DNA of 64,000 bases from Salinivirgaceae bacterium (GTDB lineage Bacteria; Bacteroidota; Bacteroidia; Bacteroidales; SZUA-534): NCBI GenBank assembly GCA_017617355.1, contig JAFZWI010000129.1, forward strand, positions 33,673-97,672. The letters are read 5' to 3'. Position numbers and translations under genes: made by a program. The notes beneath the pieces were generated by a model that saw only the letters and a list, made by a program, of their open reading frames with translations, was not told the DNA's origin and ran no database searches. How positions within the stretch are numbered: the first letter of the stretch is position 1; every line of letters starts with the position of its first letter. This document shows, one piece after another, positions 26,631 through 35,012 of this stretch.

Positions 26631-28507
26631 GAGTGACTGCCTCAAACAGCTTTTGTGACTATAATAATATGCATATTTATAATGGCATTAGGTTGACTTA
26701 TAAAATAATGCCACTTTGTTTGGCATTATTTTTTACCAGGACGGTATTCATTGGCTATAAGTATCTATTTTTAGTAACATTTGTGCCGTGCTTTCTACAT
26801 TCGGTGTATGTACTATTCAAACAAGGTATTGCAAAACCGAAAATCAATACGTTGTTGTTGCCGGTGTTGGTGATTGCGTTATTCATCGCTCATTTCTCAC
26901 CAATAATAAGCAATGTCGTGAAAGAGAGTGTAAATATATCACTGATAATATATTATATTGTTTTCTCAAAATTGTATTATGCTGATGACAAATTCGATGT
27001 GTTCTTGAAATGGATTGTGCGGTTTACTATGCTCGCCGGCTGCATTGCAATTGTACGCTTTGCGTTATCTGAGGTCGGAATTCCATTGCCGTTATCAGTT
27101 ATATTATTTGAGGGTGCAAATTTCTCATTGGTCAATGATTGTAATTTCTATTCATTGTTTTTTATCATATCAATAATTCTATCAGCTAAATTGTTCGCAA
27201 ATGGCCAAATAAAGAAGCCGGAATTCCTAATTGTTAACATTGTATCGGCAATAAACATAGTTACAGGATTGTCTCGACGAGCATATGTGCTCTATGCATT
27301 GATAATAGTTATAATGTTTGTTTGTTTTGTATTAAAAAAATATGATTTCAGAAAGAGCTTGCTGTATAATATTTTGATAGTTAGTATAATAGGAACTCTT
27401 GGCGTTGGTATATTGATTATGTCGAACGGATACTATTCGCCCGAAATGTCGTTTGATCAAAAGTATCGCTATTACAAAGTGTATTCGTTGGTTGATAATG
27501 GGGTATCATATAGTGAGTTTGACATAAAGCAACAAAGGAAATATTATGCAGATAAGATATCGACCGATAGTACAAATTTGTTTTATAATGGCGATTTAAA
27601 GAATGGCCTATCCGCGTGGGGAACACTTCGAACGCCTCACGATTGTATTAGCTTCGAGTTGGTTGAAGATGAGTGTGGTGATAGTATAATTCGTGTTACA
27701 AGAGGGTGTTCAAGTGGTTGTTGGCAGGTCCATTACAATGGTCGTCCGATTGTATATCACAAGGATGTAACTTATGAAATTTCGTTCGCTTATAGAGTTT
27801 TGGAAGGTTCCGAAAATCCATTTTGTGTTGGTTGGCGGGTGAATGAAGGGAAAGGTTGGTGTTATAACCTGCTACGCACGATAGAACCAATTGATAGTGT
27901 TTGGAAGCGTTGCATGGTGGCGTACAAGTTTCAAGAAGACAGGATGAATCCGTATACCTTTTTAAACTCATTGCGAGCGGGTTCCACGATTGAAGTAAAA
28001 GATATTCGAATGACTTGTGATGATACCACAGGACTGCCACATTATGTAGACCAACTGCCAGATAGCGTGATTCATAAATATTATTCGCAAGACACAATTA
28101 ACTATTTCACAGCATCACGTACCGGCCGTTGGCGTTATGCTCTTGAACTTTGGCAGACTCGGTATGATACCAAACAAAAGATTTTCGGACAAGGCTTCAA
28201 GTATTTGGAGTGGTATGGTCAAAAATTTTGGCACAATCCTAAACGTTACGATTTCCCGCATAATCCAATAATATCGTCATTCCTTTATTCCGGAATAATC
28301 GGAGGCATTGTTTATATTATCTTCTTGATAACGTGTTTGTGGCTCTATTGGAAACGCCGAAAGGAATTGGGCGTCTTCTTTATAATGTATCTGTGCTGTA
28401 TGTTCTTCAGTATGTTCAGCGGCAGCAGCCATTTCAGCTTCCCGTTGTTCGCGTTTTTGTCGTTTTTGCCTTTTATTGAGTATAAGAATAGGATGAATCA
28501 CCATTAA
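26627..28507 (+). CDS. WaaL/Wzy_C-type (O-antigen ligase-like) membrane protein with inserted jelly-roll-like domain
   Basis: Polytopic. GQGFKYLEW...PHNPIISSFLYSGIIGG fits the published H-[NSQ]-X9-G-XX-[GTY] ligase motif. A soluble insert (about nt 27572..28025) begins YNGDLKNGLSAWG, like CBM4/9-type modules. ATG 26627 (ATGA overlap with wzx) is preferred over GTG 26600. Confidence 0.65.
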   Translation: MRVTASNSFCDYNNMHIYNGIRLTYKIMPLCLALFFTRTVFIGYKYLFLVTFVPCFLHSVYVLFKQGIAKPKINTLLLPVLVIALFIAHFSPIISNVVKESVNISLIIYYIVFSKLYYADDKFDVFLKWIVRFTMLAGCIAIVRFALSEVGIPLPLSVILFEGANFSLVNDCNFYSLFFIISIILSAKLFANGQIKKPEFLIVNIVSAINIVTGLSRRAYVLYALIIVIMFVCFVLKKYDFRKSLLYNILIVSIIGTLGVGILIMSNGYYSPEMSFDQKYRYYKVYSLVDNGVSYSEFDIKQQRKYYADKISTDSTNLFYNGDLKNGLSAWGTLRTPHDCISFELVEDECGDSIIRVTRGCSSGCWQVHYNGRPIVYHKDVTYEISFAYRVLEGSENPFCVGWRVNEGKGWCYNLLRTIEPIDSVWKRCMVAYKFQEDRMNPYTFLNSLRAGSTIEVKDIRMTCDDTTGLPHYVDQLPDSVIHKYYSQDTINYFTASRTGRWRYALELWQTRYDTKQKIFGQGFKYLEWYGQKFWHNPKRYDFPHNPIISSFLYSGIIGGIVYIIFLITCLWLYWKRRKELGVFFIMYLCCMFFSMFSGSSHFSFPLFAFLSFLPFIEYKNRMNHH

Positions 28508-28521
28508 TCAATAAATGTATG

Positions 28522-28529
28522 TATTTTTG
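28522..28529 (+). promoter_or_regulatory. candidate -7 box (TATTTTTG)
   Basis: Exact TAnnTTTG match about 38 nt upstream of the yraN ATG. Confidence 0.3.
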
Positions 28530-28566
28530 TAATGGTATCATTAAAATGAAAATCTAAAACTTCATA

Positions 28567-28941
28567 ATGCTGACCAGAAAAGAAATAGGTGAAATGGGAG
28601 AAAATGCAGCGGCCACTCTTTTAATTGAAAAAGGCTACAAAATATTGGAGCGCAATTATCGTGTTGGTCATCTTGAGGTGGATATTATTGCACAAAAAGA
28701 TGATACTATTGTATTTATTGAGGTGAAAACACGTTCGGTCAATTGTTTGGTATCGCCACAGGAAGCGGTCAACAATCGCAAACGGAACCTTATTGTCAAT
28801 GCTGCCGATAGCTATATGCGTAATTTTAATCGTACGGAGAACGTCCGTCTTGATGTAATAACAGTCTTTCACCAGTATGGGAAAGTAGTAAGCGTTGAGC
28901 ATATTGCGGATGCGTTCATTCCAGAAGTTAGAACATATTAA
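28567..28941 (+). CDS. yraN: YraN-family endonuclease-like protein (UPF0102)
   Basis: GENAAATLLIEKGYKILERNYRVGHLEVDIIAQKDDTIVFIEVKTRS matches the UPF0102 signature. Confidence 0.85.
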   Translation: MLTRKEIGEMGENAAATLLIEKGYKILERNYRVGHLEVDIIAQKDDTIVFIEVKTRSVNCLVSPQEAVNNRKRNLIVNAADSYMRNFNRTENVRLDVITVFHQYGKVVSVEHIADAFIPEVRTY

Positions 28942-28958
28942 TTGAAAAACTATAAGAT

Positions 28959-30257
28959 ATGAAAACAGTCTATTGCGGTATGAGTGCCGATTTAATTCAC
29001 CACGGGCACTTGAACATCATTCATGAGGCGATGAAACTTGGAGAGGTTACTGTTGGTGTTCTTACCGACGAGGCAATTGCAAGTTATAAAAGACTACCGT
29101 ACCTGACATATGAGCAGCGTGCGGAAATTGTTGCAAACATTAAAGGGGTCGAAAGAGTTGTTCCGCAAACGACTCTGGACTATGTGCCTAACCTTGAAAA
29201 ACTTAAACCTGATTACGTTGTTCACGGTGACGATTGGCTCACGGGTGTTCAGCAGGAAACGCGGCAACTAGTGATAGACTGTATAGCAAAATGGGGCGGC
29301 AAAGTAGTTGATATTCCATACACACCAGGAATTTCTTCAACAGCTCTAAATGCCGAAGTTCGCGAGATTGGTACAACGCCTGAGATCCGTCAGAGAATGC
29401 TAAGACGGCTTATTGCGGCAAAACCGATTGTGCGCATTATGGAAAGCCATTCGGGTTTGACAGGTCTTATCATTGAGAAGACGAAAGTCAAGGTCAACAA
29501 CAAGACCGAAGAGTTTGACGGTATGTGGGCAAGTTCGTTGACAGATTCAACAAGCAAGGGCAAACCCGATATTGAGGCCGTGGATTTGACAACAAGACTT
29601 CACGGTTTGAACGATGCGCTTGAATGCACAACAAAACCAGTGATTTTTGATGGTGATACAGGTGGCAAAATAGAACATTTCGTATTTACAGTCAGAACTT
29701 TGGAACGGTTGGGAGTTTCTGCGGTTATTATTGAGGATAAGGTTGGTTTGAAGAAAAACTCATTATTCGGAACCGATGCGATCCAAACGCAAGATTCAAT
29801 CGAAGGTTTTTCTGAAAAAATCAGAGCGGGAAAAAGAGCACAAATCGCGCAGGATTTTATGATAATTGCCCGTTGCGAGAGCCTTATCGCAGGAAAATCG
29901 GTTGAAGATGCTCTTGAACGTTGCTTCGCATATGTTGAGGCGGGGGCTGATGGCATTATGATTCATAGCAAGAACAAATCTGGCGAGGACATTAAGGAAT
30001 TCTGCCAGAAATTCCGTCAGAAACACACGTCAGTGCCGATTGTGGTAGTGCCTACAACCTACAACCAGATAACCGAAGAAGAACTTGCAAGTTGGGGCGT
30101 GAATGTTGTTATCTACGCAAACCATATGTTGCGTTCGGCATATCCAGCAATGGTGAACACTGCAAAATCAATTCTTACTCACCACCGTTCGCTCGAGGCA
30201 AACGATATGTGTATGAGTGTCAAAGAAATACTTGAACTTATTCCTGGTACAAAATAG
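28959..30257 (+). CDS. pepM: fusion protein: cytidylyltransferase-like domain + phosphoenolpyruvate mutase
   Basis: The N-terminal ~135 aa have the HxGH signature ([15 protein letters not shown]) and HGDDW. The rest aligns by eye along the full length of PEP mutase ([49 protein letters not shown]). Confidence 0.9.
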   Translation: MKTVYCGMSADLIHHGHLNIIHEAMKLGEVTVGVLTDEAIASYKRLPYLTYEQRAEIVANIKGVERVVPQTTLDYVPNLEKLKPDYVVHGDDWLTGVQQETRQLVIDCIAKWGGKVVDIPYTPGISSTALNAEVREIGTTPEIRQRMLRRLIAAKPIVRIMESHSGLTGLIIEKTKVKVNNKTEEFDGMWASSLTDSTSKGKPDIEAVDLTTRLHGLNDALECTTKPVIFDGDTGGKIEHFVFTVRTLERLGVSAVIIEDKVGLKKNSLFGTDAIQTQDSIEGFSEKIRAGKRAQIAQDFMIIARCESLIAGKSVEDALERCFAYVEAGADGIMIHSKNKSGEDIKEFCQKFRQKHTSVPIVVVPTTYNQITEEELASWGVNVVIYANHMLRSAYPAMVNTAKSILTHHRSLEANDMCMSVKEILELIPGTK

Positions 30258-31372
30258 TGGAACAGACGGCAATTTTTTCCGATAAAGGTTACGATGAATT
30301 TGGAAAGCAATTCCTTGACCGCGGCATAAAAAGAATCATTGTTGTCTGCGGTTCGTCTTTCAAGAAACTCTCTGTCGGAAAGTACATAACAGATTTTTTT
30401 GCTGCGAACAATATAGAAATCGTCTTCTTTTCTGATTACCAGCCTAATCCCGATTATGAATCGGTAGTGAAAGGTGTTGATGTATTCAGGAAAAATGAAT
30501 GCGATTCGATTCTTGCTGTGGGCGGAGGAAGTGCAATGGATGTGGCAAAATGCATAAAACTCTATGCAACAATGCCATTGGGTAGCGATTACATCAATCA
30601 GAAAATCGAACCGAACAACATTCCTTTTTTTGCAATTCCGACAACAGCAGGGACAGGTAGCGAGGCAACTCGTTTTGCGGTTATATACTATAAGGGCGCA
30701 AAACAGTCTATTGCGGATTACAGTTGCATTCCGCAGGTTATCTTGTTCGACCCGTCGGTACTTGAAACATTGCCCGATTATCAGCGCAAGGTTACAATGC
30801 TTGACGCTTTTTGCCACGCAGTAGAATCCTTTTGGTCGGTCAATTCGACAGATGAGAGCAAGGCATATTCGAAAGACGCGATAAGGTTGATTCTCAATAA
30901 TATGGGTTCGTATTTGAAAAACGAATACGATGGCAACAGGAATATGCTGATGGCTGCGAACATCGCAGGAAAGGCCATAAACATAACGCAAACAACGGCG
31001 GGACACGCAATGTGCTATAAACTGACATCGCTTTACGGAATCGCCCACGGGCACGCTGCCGCATTGTGCGTCAGTGAGTTATGGCCGTATATGATTGAGA
31101 ATACGGAAAAATGTATCGATAGTCGGGGGGGGAAATATCTTGATTCTGTTTTTGAAGAAATCGCAGAGGCGATGGGAGAGAAGTCCCCAATGGATGCGGC
31201 TGCTAAATTCAAGAATATAGTTGAATCGTTAGGATTGAAGGCGCCAAAAATCAAATCGGAAGGCGATTTTGATGTGCTGAAAAAATCAGTCAATCCGACA
31301 AGATTGAAAAACAATCCAGTCTTTCTTGATGAGGACACTATCGATATGCTATATCATAAAATATTGAAATAA
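30257..31372 (+). CDS. group III iron-containing alcohol dehydrogenase (phosphonoacetaldehyde reductase candidate)
   Basis: GGGSAMDVAKCI, PTTAGTGSE and the His cluster TAGHAMCYKL...AHGHAAAL. GTG start overlaps the pepM TAG stop and there is no nearby in-frame ATG. Confidence 0.75.
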   Translation: MEQTAIFSDKGYDEFGKQFLDRGIKRIIVVCGSSFKKLSVGKYITDFFAANNIEIVFFSDYQPNPDYESVVKGVDVFRKNECDSILAVGGGSAMDVAKCIKLYATMPLGSDYINQKIEPNNIPFFAIPTTAGTGSEATRFAVIYYKGAKQSIADYSCIPQVILFDPSVLETLPDYQRKVTMLDAFCHAVESFWSVNSTDESKAYSKDAIRLILNNMGSYLKNEYDGNRNMLMAANIAGKAINITQTTAGHAMCYKLTSLYGIAHGHAAALCVSELWPYMIENTEKCIDSRGGKYLDSVFEEIAEAMGEKSPMDAAAKFKNIVESLGLKAPKIKSEGDFDVLKKSVNPTRLKNNPVFLDEDTIDMLYHKILK

Positions 31373-31383
31373 AGAAATATAAA

Positions 31384-32499
31384 ATGAAAGTAGAGAATCT
31401 TTTAAATATAATAGGTGCCGATTTTTATACGGGTGTGCCTGACAGCCAGTTGAAGGCATTGTGCAACTGTTTGATGAACAAATATGGCATCGACCCGAAA
31501 CATCATATTATTGCGGCAAACGAGGGTAACTGCACGGCTTTGGCGGCAGGTTATCATCTGGCAACAGGCAAAGTACCCGTTGTTTATATGCAAAATTCTG
31601 GCGAGGGCAACATTATCAACCCCGTGGCGTCGCTGTTGAACGACAAGGTTTATGCTATCCCTGTGGTTTTTGTCATCGGGTGGCGCGGTGAGCCGGGTGT
31701 TCACGATGAGCCGCAACACATTTATCAAGGTGAAGTCACGGTGAAACTGCTTGACGATATGGGTATTCCGTCGTTCATAATTGGCAAAGAGACTACTGAC
31801 GAAGAAGTCGCGAAAGCGATGGAAGATTTCAAAAAGTTGCTTGCTCAAGGCAAGGATGTCGCGTTTGTGGTACGCAAGGGCGGACTCTCTTATGACGGTA
31901 AGGTTGAGTACAAAAATGACAACACAATGCTGCGCGAAGAGATTATCCGTCATATTGTGAATGTGTCAGGTGAGGATCCGATTGTCTCGACAACGGGCAA
32001 GGCTAGCCGCGAACTTTTCGAAATTCGTGAGGCAAACCACCAAAGCCATAAATATGATTTTCTGACGGTTGGTTCTATGGGGCACAGCTCGTCAATTGCG
32101 TTGGGTGTTGCTATCAACAAACCCGACAGGAAAATATGGTGCATTGACGGCGATGGCGCGGTTCTGATGCATATGGGTTCTATGGCCGTAATTGGTGCCA
32201 ATGCGCCTAAAAATCTCGTTCATGTTGTCATCAACAATTCGGCACACGAGACCGTTGGCGGCCAGCCGACAGTTGCGGACAAGATTGATTTAGTTGCCAT
32301 TGCAAAGGCTTGCGGCTATAAGAATGTTGTTTCTGTCGATTCGTTCGAAGCATTAGACAAAGCGCTGCAAGCTGCTAAAAATGCCAACGAATTAAGCCTT
32401 ATAGAAGTCAAGTGCTCAATCGGGGCCCGTGAGGATTTGGGCAGACCGACAACCACAGCAATCGAAAATAAGCAAGGATTTATGGAGTATTTGAGATAA
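31384..32499 (+). CDS. ppd: phosphonopyruvate decarboxylase (TPP-dependent)
   Basis: GVPDSQLK N-terminus and TPP motif IDGDGAVLMHMGSMAVIG...VINNSAHETVGGQ. 371 aa; sits with pepM. Confidence 0.85.
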   Translation: MKVENLLNIIGADFYTGVPDSQLKALCNCLMNKYGIDPKHHIIAANEGNCTALAAGYHLATGKVPVVYMQNSGEGNIINPVASLLNDKVYAIPVVFVIGWRGEPGVHDEPQHIYQGEVTVKLLDDMGIPSFIIGKETTDEEVAKAMEDFKKLLAQGKDVAFVVRKGGLSYDGKVEYKNDNTMLREEIIRHIVNVSGEDPIVSTTGKASRELFEIREANHQSHKYDFLTVGSMGHSSSIALGVAINKPDRKIWCIDGDGAVLMHMGSMAVIGANAPKNLVHVVINNSAHETVGGQPTVADKIDLVAIAKACGYKNVVSVDSFEALDKALQAAKNANELSLIEVKCSIGAREDLGRPTTTAIENKQGFMEYLR

Positions 32500-32630
32500 A
32501 AGAGGAATTTCCGCCTTTATTCATAATACCCATTTGTTCTTTAATAGACACAACGAAAATCAACAAACTACATAATCAAATCCTTCAAACCCTTATCCCC
32601 CCAAAAAACAAGCGATAGCAGCCCTTCCTT

Positions 32631-34124
32631 TTAATGCTTGTGGTAGTTGCGGGTCTGTTCGAATTTAGGCTCGTAAGTTAGAGTTATCCCCAATTTTTTG
32701 AATGTTGATTCATCAACAGAGCTAACCATAACAGTAGCGTGAGCTGTGGAGCCTTTCAGTTTTGGCAGTTGCTGCATCGCTCTCTCTGCCAGCTCGTTAT
32801 GTGCGGCTGATGATGACAGCGCAATCAGAATTTCGTCGGTATGCAGGCGAGGGTTCATACTTCCCAAGTATTCGGTTTTCAACGTTTGAATAGGCTCTAT
32901 TGCAAGTCTCGACACAAGGTTAAACGATTGGTCGATGTTGCCAAGTTCTTTCAATGCGTTCAGCAAGGCTGCGGAGAGCGGGCCGAGCAGGTCGGTTGTC
33001 TTGCCGGTAACAATGGTTCCGTTGGGTAACTCAATGGCTGCAGCGGGGCGTCCGCCAGTGGCTGCCTCTTTTTTGAGCGCCGCGTCAACAACCTTATAAT
33101 CAGTTGGCTTTATGTGCGCTTGATACAACAGCGATTCTAGTTTCGTCAGGTTGTCTTTGCTCTCTCCGTAGCGTTTGCGGTCGCAAAGGCATTTGTAGTA
33201 ACGGCGGATAATCTCGTGTTTCGAGGCCTCTTTGCAGACATCGTCATCAACAATGCAGTAGCCGGCCATATTCACGCCCATATCTGTAGGGCTCTTGTAC
33301 GGACTTTTTCCGTAAATCATTTCAAACGTGGCGTTTAGAACCGAAAACGCTTCCACGTCGCGGTTGTAGTTGACTGTAGTTTCGCCATAGGCCTCAAAGT
33401 GGAACGAGTCGATAATGTTGACGTCGTTAAGGTCGGCGGTGGCAGCCTCGTAAGCAAGATTGACAGGATGTTTCAATGGAATGTTCCAAATAGGGAACGT
33501 CTCAAATTTGGCGTATCCGGCGTTGATGCCGCGTTTGTGCTCGTGGTAAAGCTGCGACAGGCATGTGGCCAGTTTGCCGCTGCCGGGACCAGGAGCAGTC
33601 ACTACAATAAGCGGGCGGCTTGTCTGGATATATTCGTTGCGGCCGTAGCCCTCATCGGAAACAATCAGTCCTATGTTATTTGGGTATCCTTCAATGACAT
33701 AGTGGTGATATGATGCAATACCGAGCGATTTTAGTTTGTTTTCGAAGCGGATAGCCGAGTGCTGTTTGTTGAATTTTGTCAGGCAGACGCTGCCGACAAA
33801 CAATCCAACACTGTTGAATTCGTCAATCAGGCGCAAAACATCCTCGTCATAGGTTATTCCGTAGTCGGCCCGTATCTTGTTGGCTTCAATGTCTTCGGAA
33901 TTAATGGCGATGACAATTTCAATCTTGTCTTTCAGCTTCAAAAGCATCTGCATTTTCGAGTCGGGCTGGAAGCCGGGAAGCACACGCGATGCGTGGTAGT
34001 CGTCGAAGAGTTTTCCACCAATCTCCAGATACAGTTTGTCGCCAAACTCCTTTATGCGCTCCTCAATGTGCGCCGACTGCATGCTCAGATATTTGTCGTT
34101 GTCAAAACCGATTTTTGCGCTCAT
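32631..34124 (-). CDS. DUF1846/UPF0371 family protein
   Basis: MSAKIGFDNDKYL...GGKLFDDYHASRVLPGF start is typical of UPF0371. ATG 34124 is preferred over TTG 34133. Confidence 0.8.
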   Translation of the reverse strand: MSAKIGFDNDKYLSMQSAHIEERIKEFGDKLYLEIGGKLFDDYHASRVLPGFQPDSKMQMLLKLKDKIEIVIAINSEDIEANKIRADYGITYDEDVLRLIDEFNSVGLFVGSVCLTKFNKQHSAIRFENKLKSLGIASYHHYVIEGYPNNIGLIVSDEGYGRNEYIQTSRPLIVVTAPGPGSGKLATCLSQLYHEHKRGINAGYAKFETFPIWNIPLKHPVNLAYEAATADLNDVNIIDSFHFEAYGETTVNYNRDVEAFSVLNATFEMIYGKSPYKSPTDMGVNMAGYCIVDDDVCKEASKHEIIRRYYKCLCDRKRYGESKDNLTKLESLLYQAHIKPTDYKVVDAALKKEAATGGRPAAAIELPNGTIVTGKTTDLLGPLSAALLNALKELGNIDQSFNLVSRLAIEPIQTLKTEYLGSMNPRLHTDEILIALSSSAAHNELAERAMQQLPKLKGSTAHATVMVSSVDESTFKKLGITLTYEPKFEQTRNYHKH

Positions 34125-34232
34125 ATCAATCAAATGTTATTTTTTCGGCTTGTAAAGTTAAAAACACAATTAATATCGAACTCGATAAGCGGGAATAAAA
34201 ATGCGCAATTTGTTCACCGTTTGCCGAGAGAA

Positions 34233-34361
34233 TCAATGATTATTCTCGCATGGGCAAGGAGCGTAGCCTTTATAGTGTTTTTTTTGTGTCGCGCACGATG
34301 CCAATAATAGGCATATTATTAATAATGAATATGTTGCGATTCTTATCCTGTTCGGTTTCAT
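34233..34361 (-). CDS. putative 42-aa lipoprotein, translationally coupled to nth
   Basis: Internal ATG at 34361 gives MKPNRIRIATYSLLIICLLLASC (lipobox-like). ATGA overlap with the nth stop. Confidence 0.35.
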   Translation of the reverse strand: MKPNRIRIATYSLLIICLLLASCATQKKHYKGYAPCPCENNH

Positions 34362-35008
34362 CTTTTCTGATTTTCTTCGAAATATAAGCAAAAATCGTGT
34401 AGTCCGCATTCGGAGCAATGAGGTTTCCGTGCGGTGCAAACATAACGACCGTGCAGTATAAGCCAGTGGTGGGCTATTGGTAGCAGTTCCGGGGCTATGT
34501 GGCTCACAAGTTGTTGCTCTGTGTCTATCGGACGTTTTGCGTTGCTAGTCAAGCCGATGCGTGCCGCCACACGGAACACATGTGTATCGACGGCTAAAGC
34601 CGGTTTGTTGAAAATAACCGACAGAATCACGTTTGCGGTTTTTCGGCCAACGCCGGGAAGTTGCTGTAATTGTTCAATGTCGTCGGGAACAATGCCGTTG
34701 AATTTCTCTGTCAGCATTTTTGCCATTCCCCACAAATGGCTCGCCTTGTTGTTCGGGAACGAGCAACTCTTTATCAACTCGAAAATATCCTCAACCGAAC
34801 CTTGAGCCATAGTCTGCGCGTCAGGATAGCGGGCAAACAGGGCTGGGGTTATCATATTGACACGCTTGTCGGTGCATTGGGCCGAAAGAATTACTGCCAC
34901 CAGCAATTCAAAAGCGTTGGAGTAGTGGAGCTCGGTTTCGGCAGTTGGCATATTGGCCTTGAACCAGCTTATAACGTTGTCATATCGTTCTTCAAGTTTC
35001 ATAGGCAT
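34358..35008 (-). CDS. nth: endonuclease III
   Basis: HhH-GPD motif LPGVGRKTANV and C-terminal FeS cluster Cys ligands (CTARKPHCSECGLHDFC). Confidence 0.9.
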   Translation of the reverse strand: MPMKLEERYDNVISWFKANMPTAETELHYSNAFELLVAVILSAQCTDKRVNMITPALFARYPDAQTMAQGSVEDIFELIKSCSFPNNKASHLWGMAKMLTEKFNGIVPDDIEQLQQLPGVGRKTANVILSVIFNKPALAVDTHVFRVAARIGLTSNAKRPIDTEQQLVSHIAPELLPIAHHWLILHGRYVCTARKPHCSECGLHDFCLYFEENQKR

Positions 35009-35012
35009 ATGG

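Noticed and set aside
30179-31054. 291-aa minus-strand ORF overlapping the end of pepM and most of the Fe-ADH gene.
   Set aside because: It is antisense to a gene with unambiguous Fe-ADH motifs. Its own translation is Cys/Arg-rich with no recognisable motif. This looks like a typical shadow ORF.
33399-34307. Several plus-strand ORFs (104, 182 and 69 aa) over the DUF1846 gene. Similar long antisense ORFs lie over rng (49383..50111), the PagL-like gene (41279..41869), the peptidase (47883..48470, 48624..49166), the chorismatase-like gene (56414..57055) and clpC (62577..63158).
   Set aside because: All lie opposite strongly supported genes in GC-richer DNA, where stop codons are scarce. None shows a recognisable motif.
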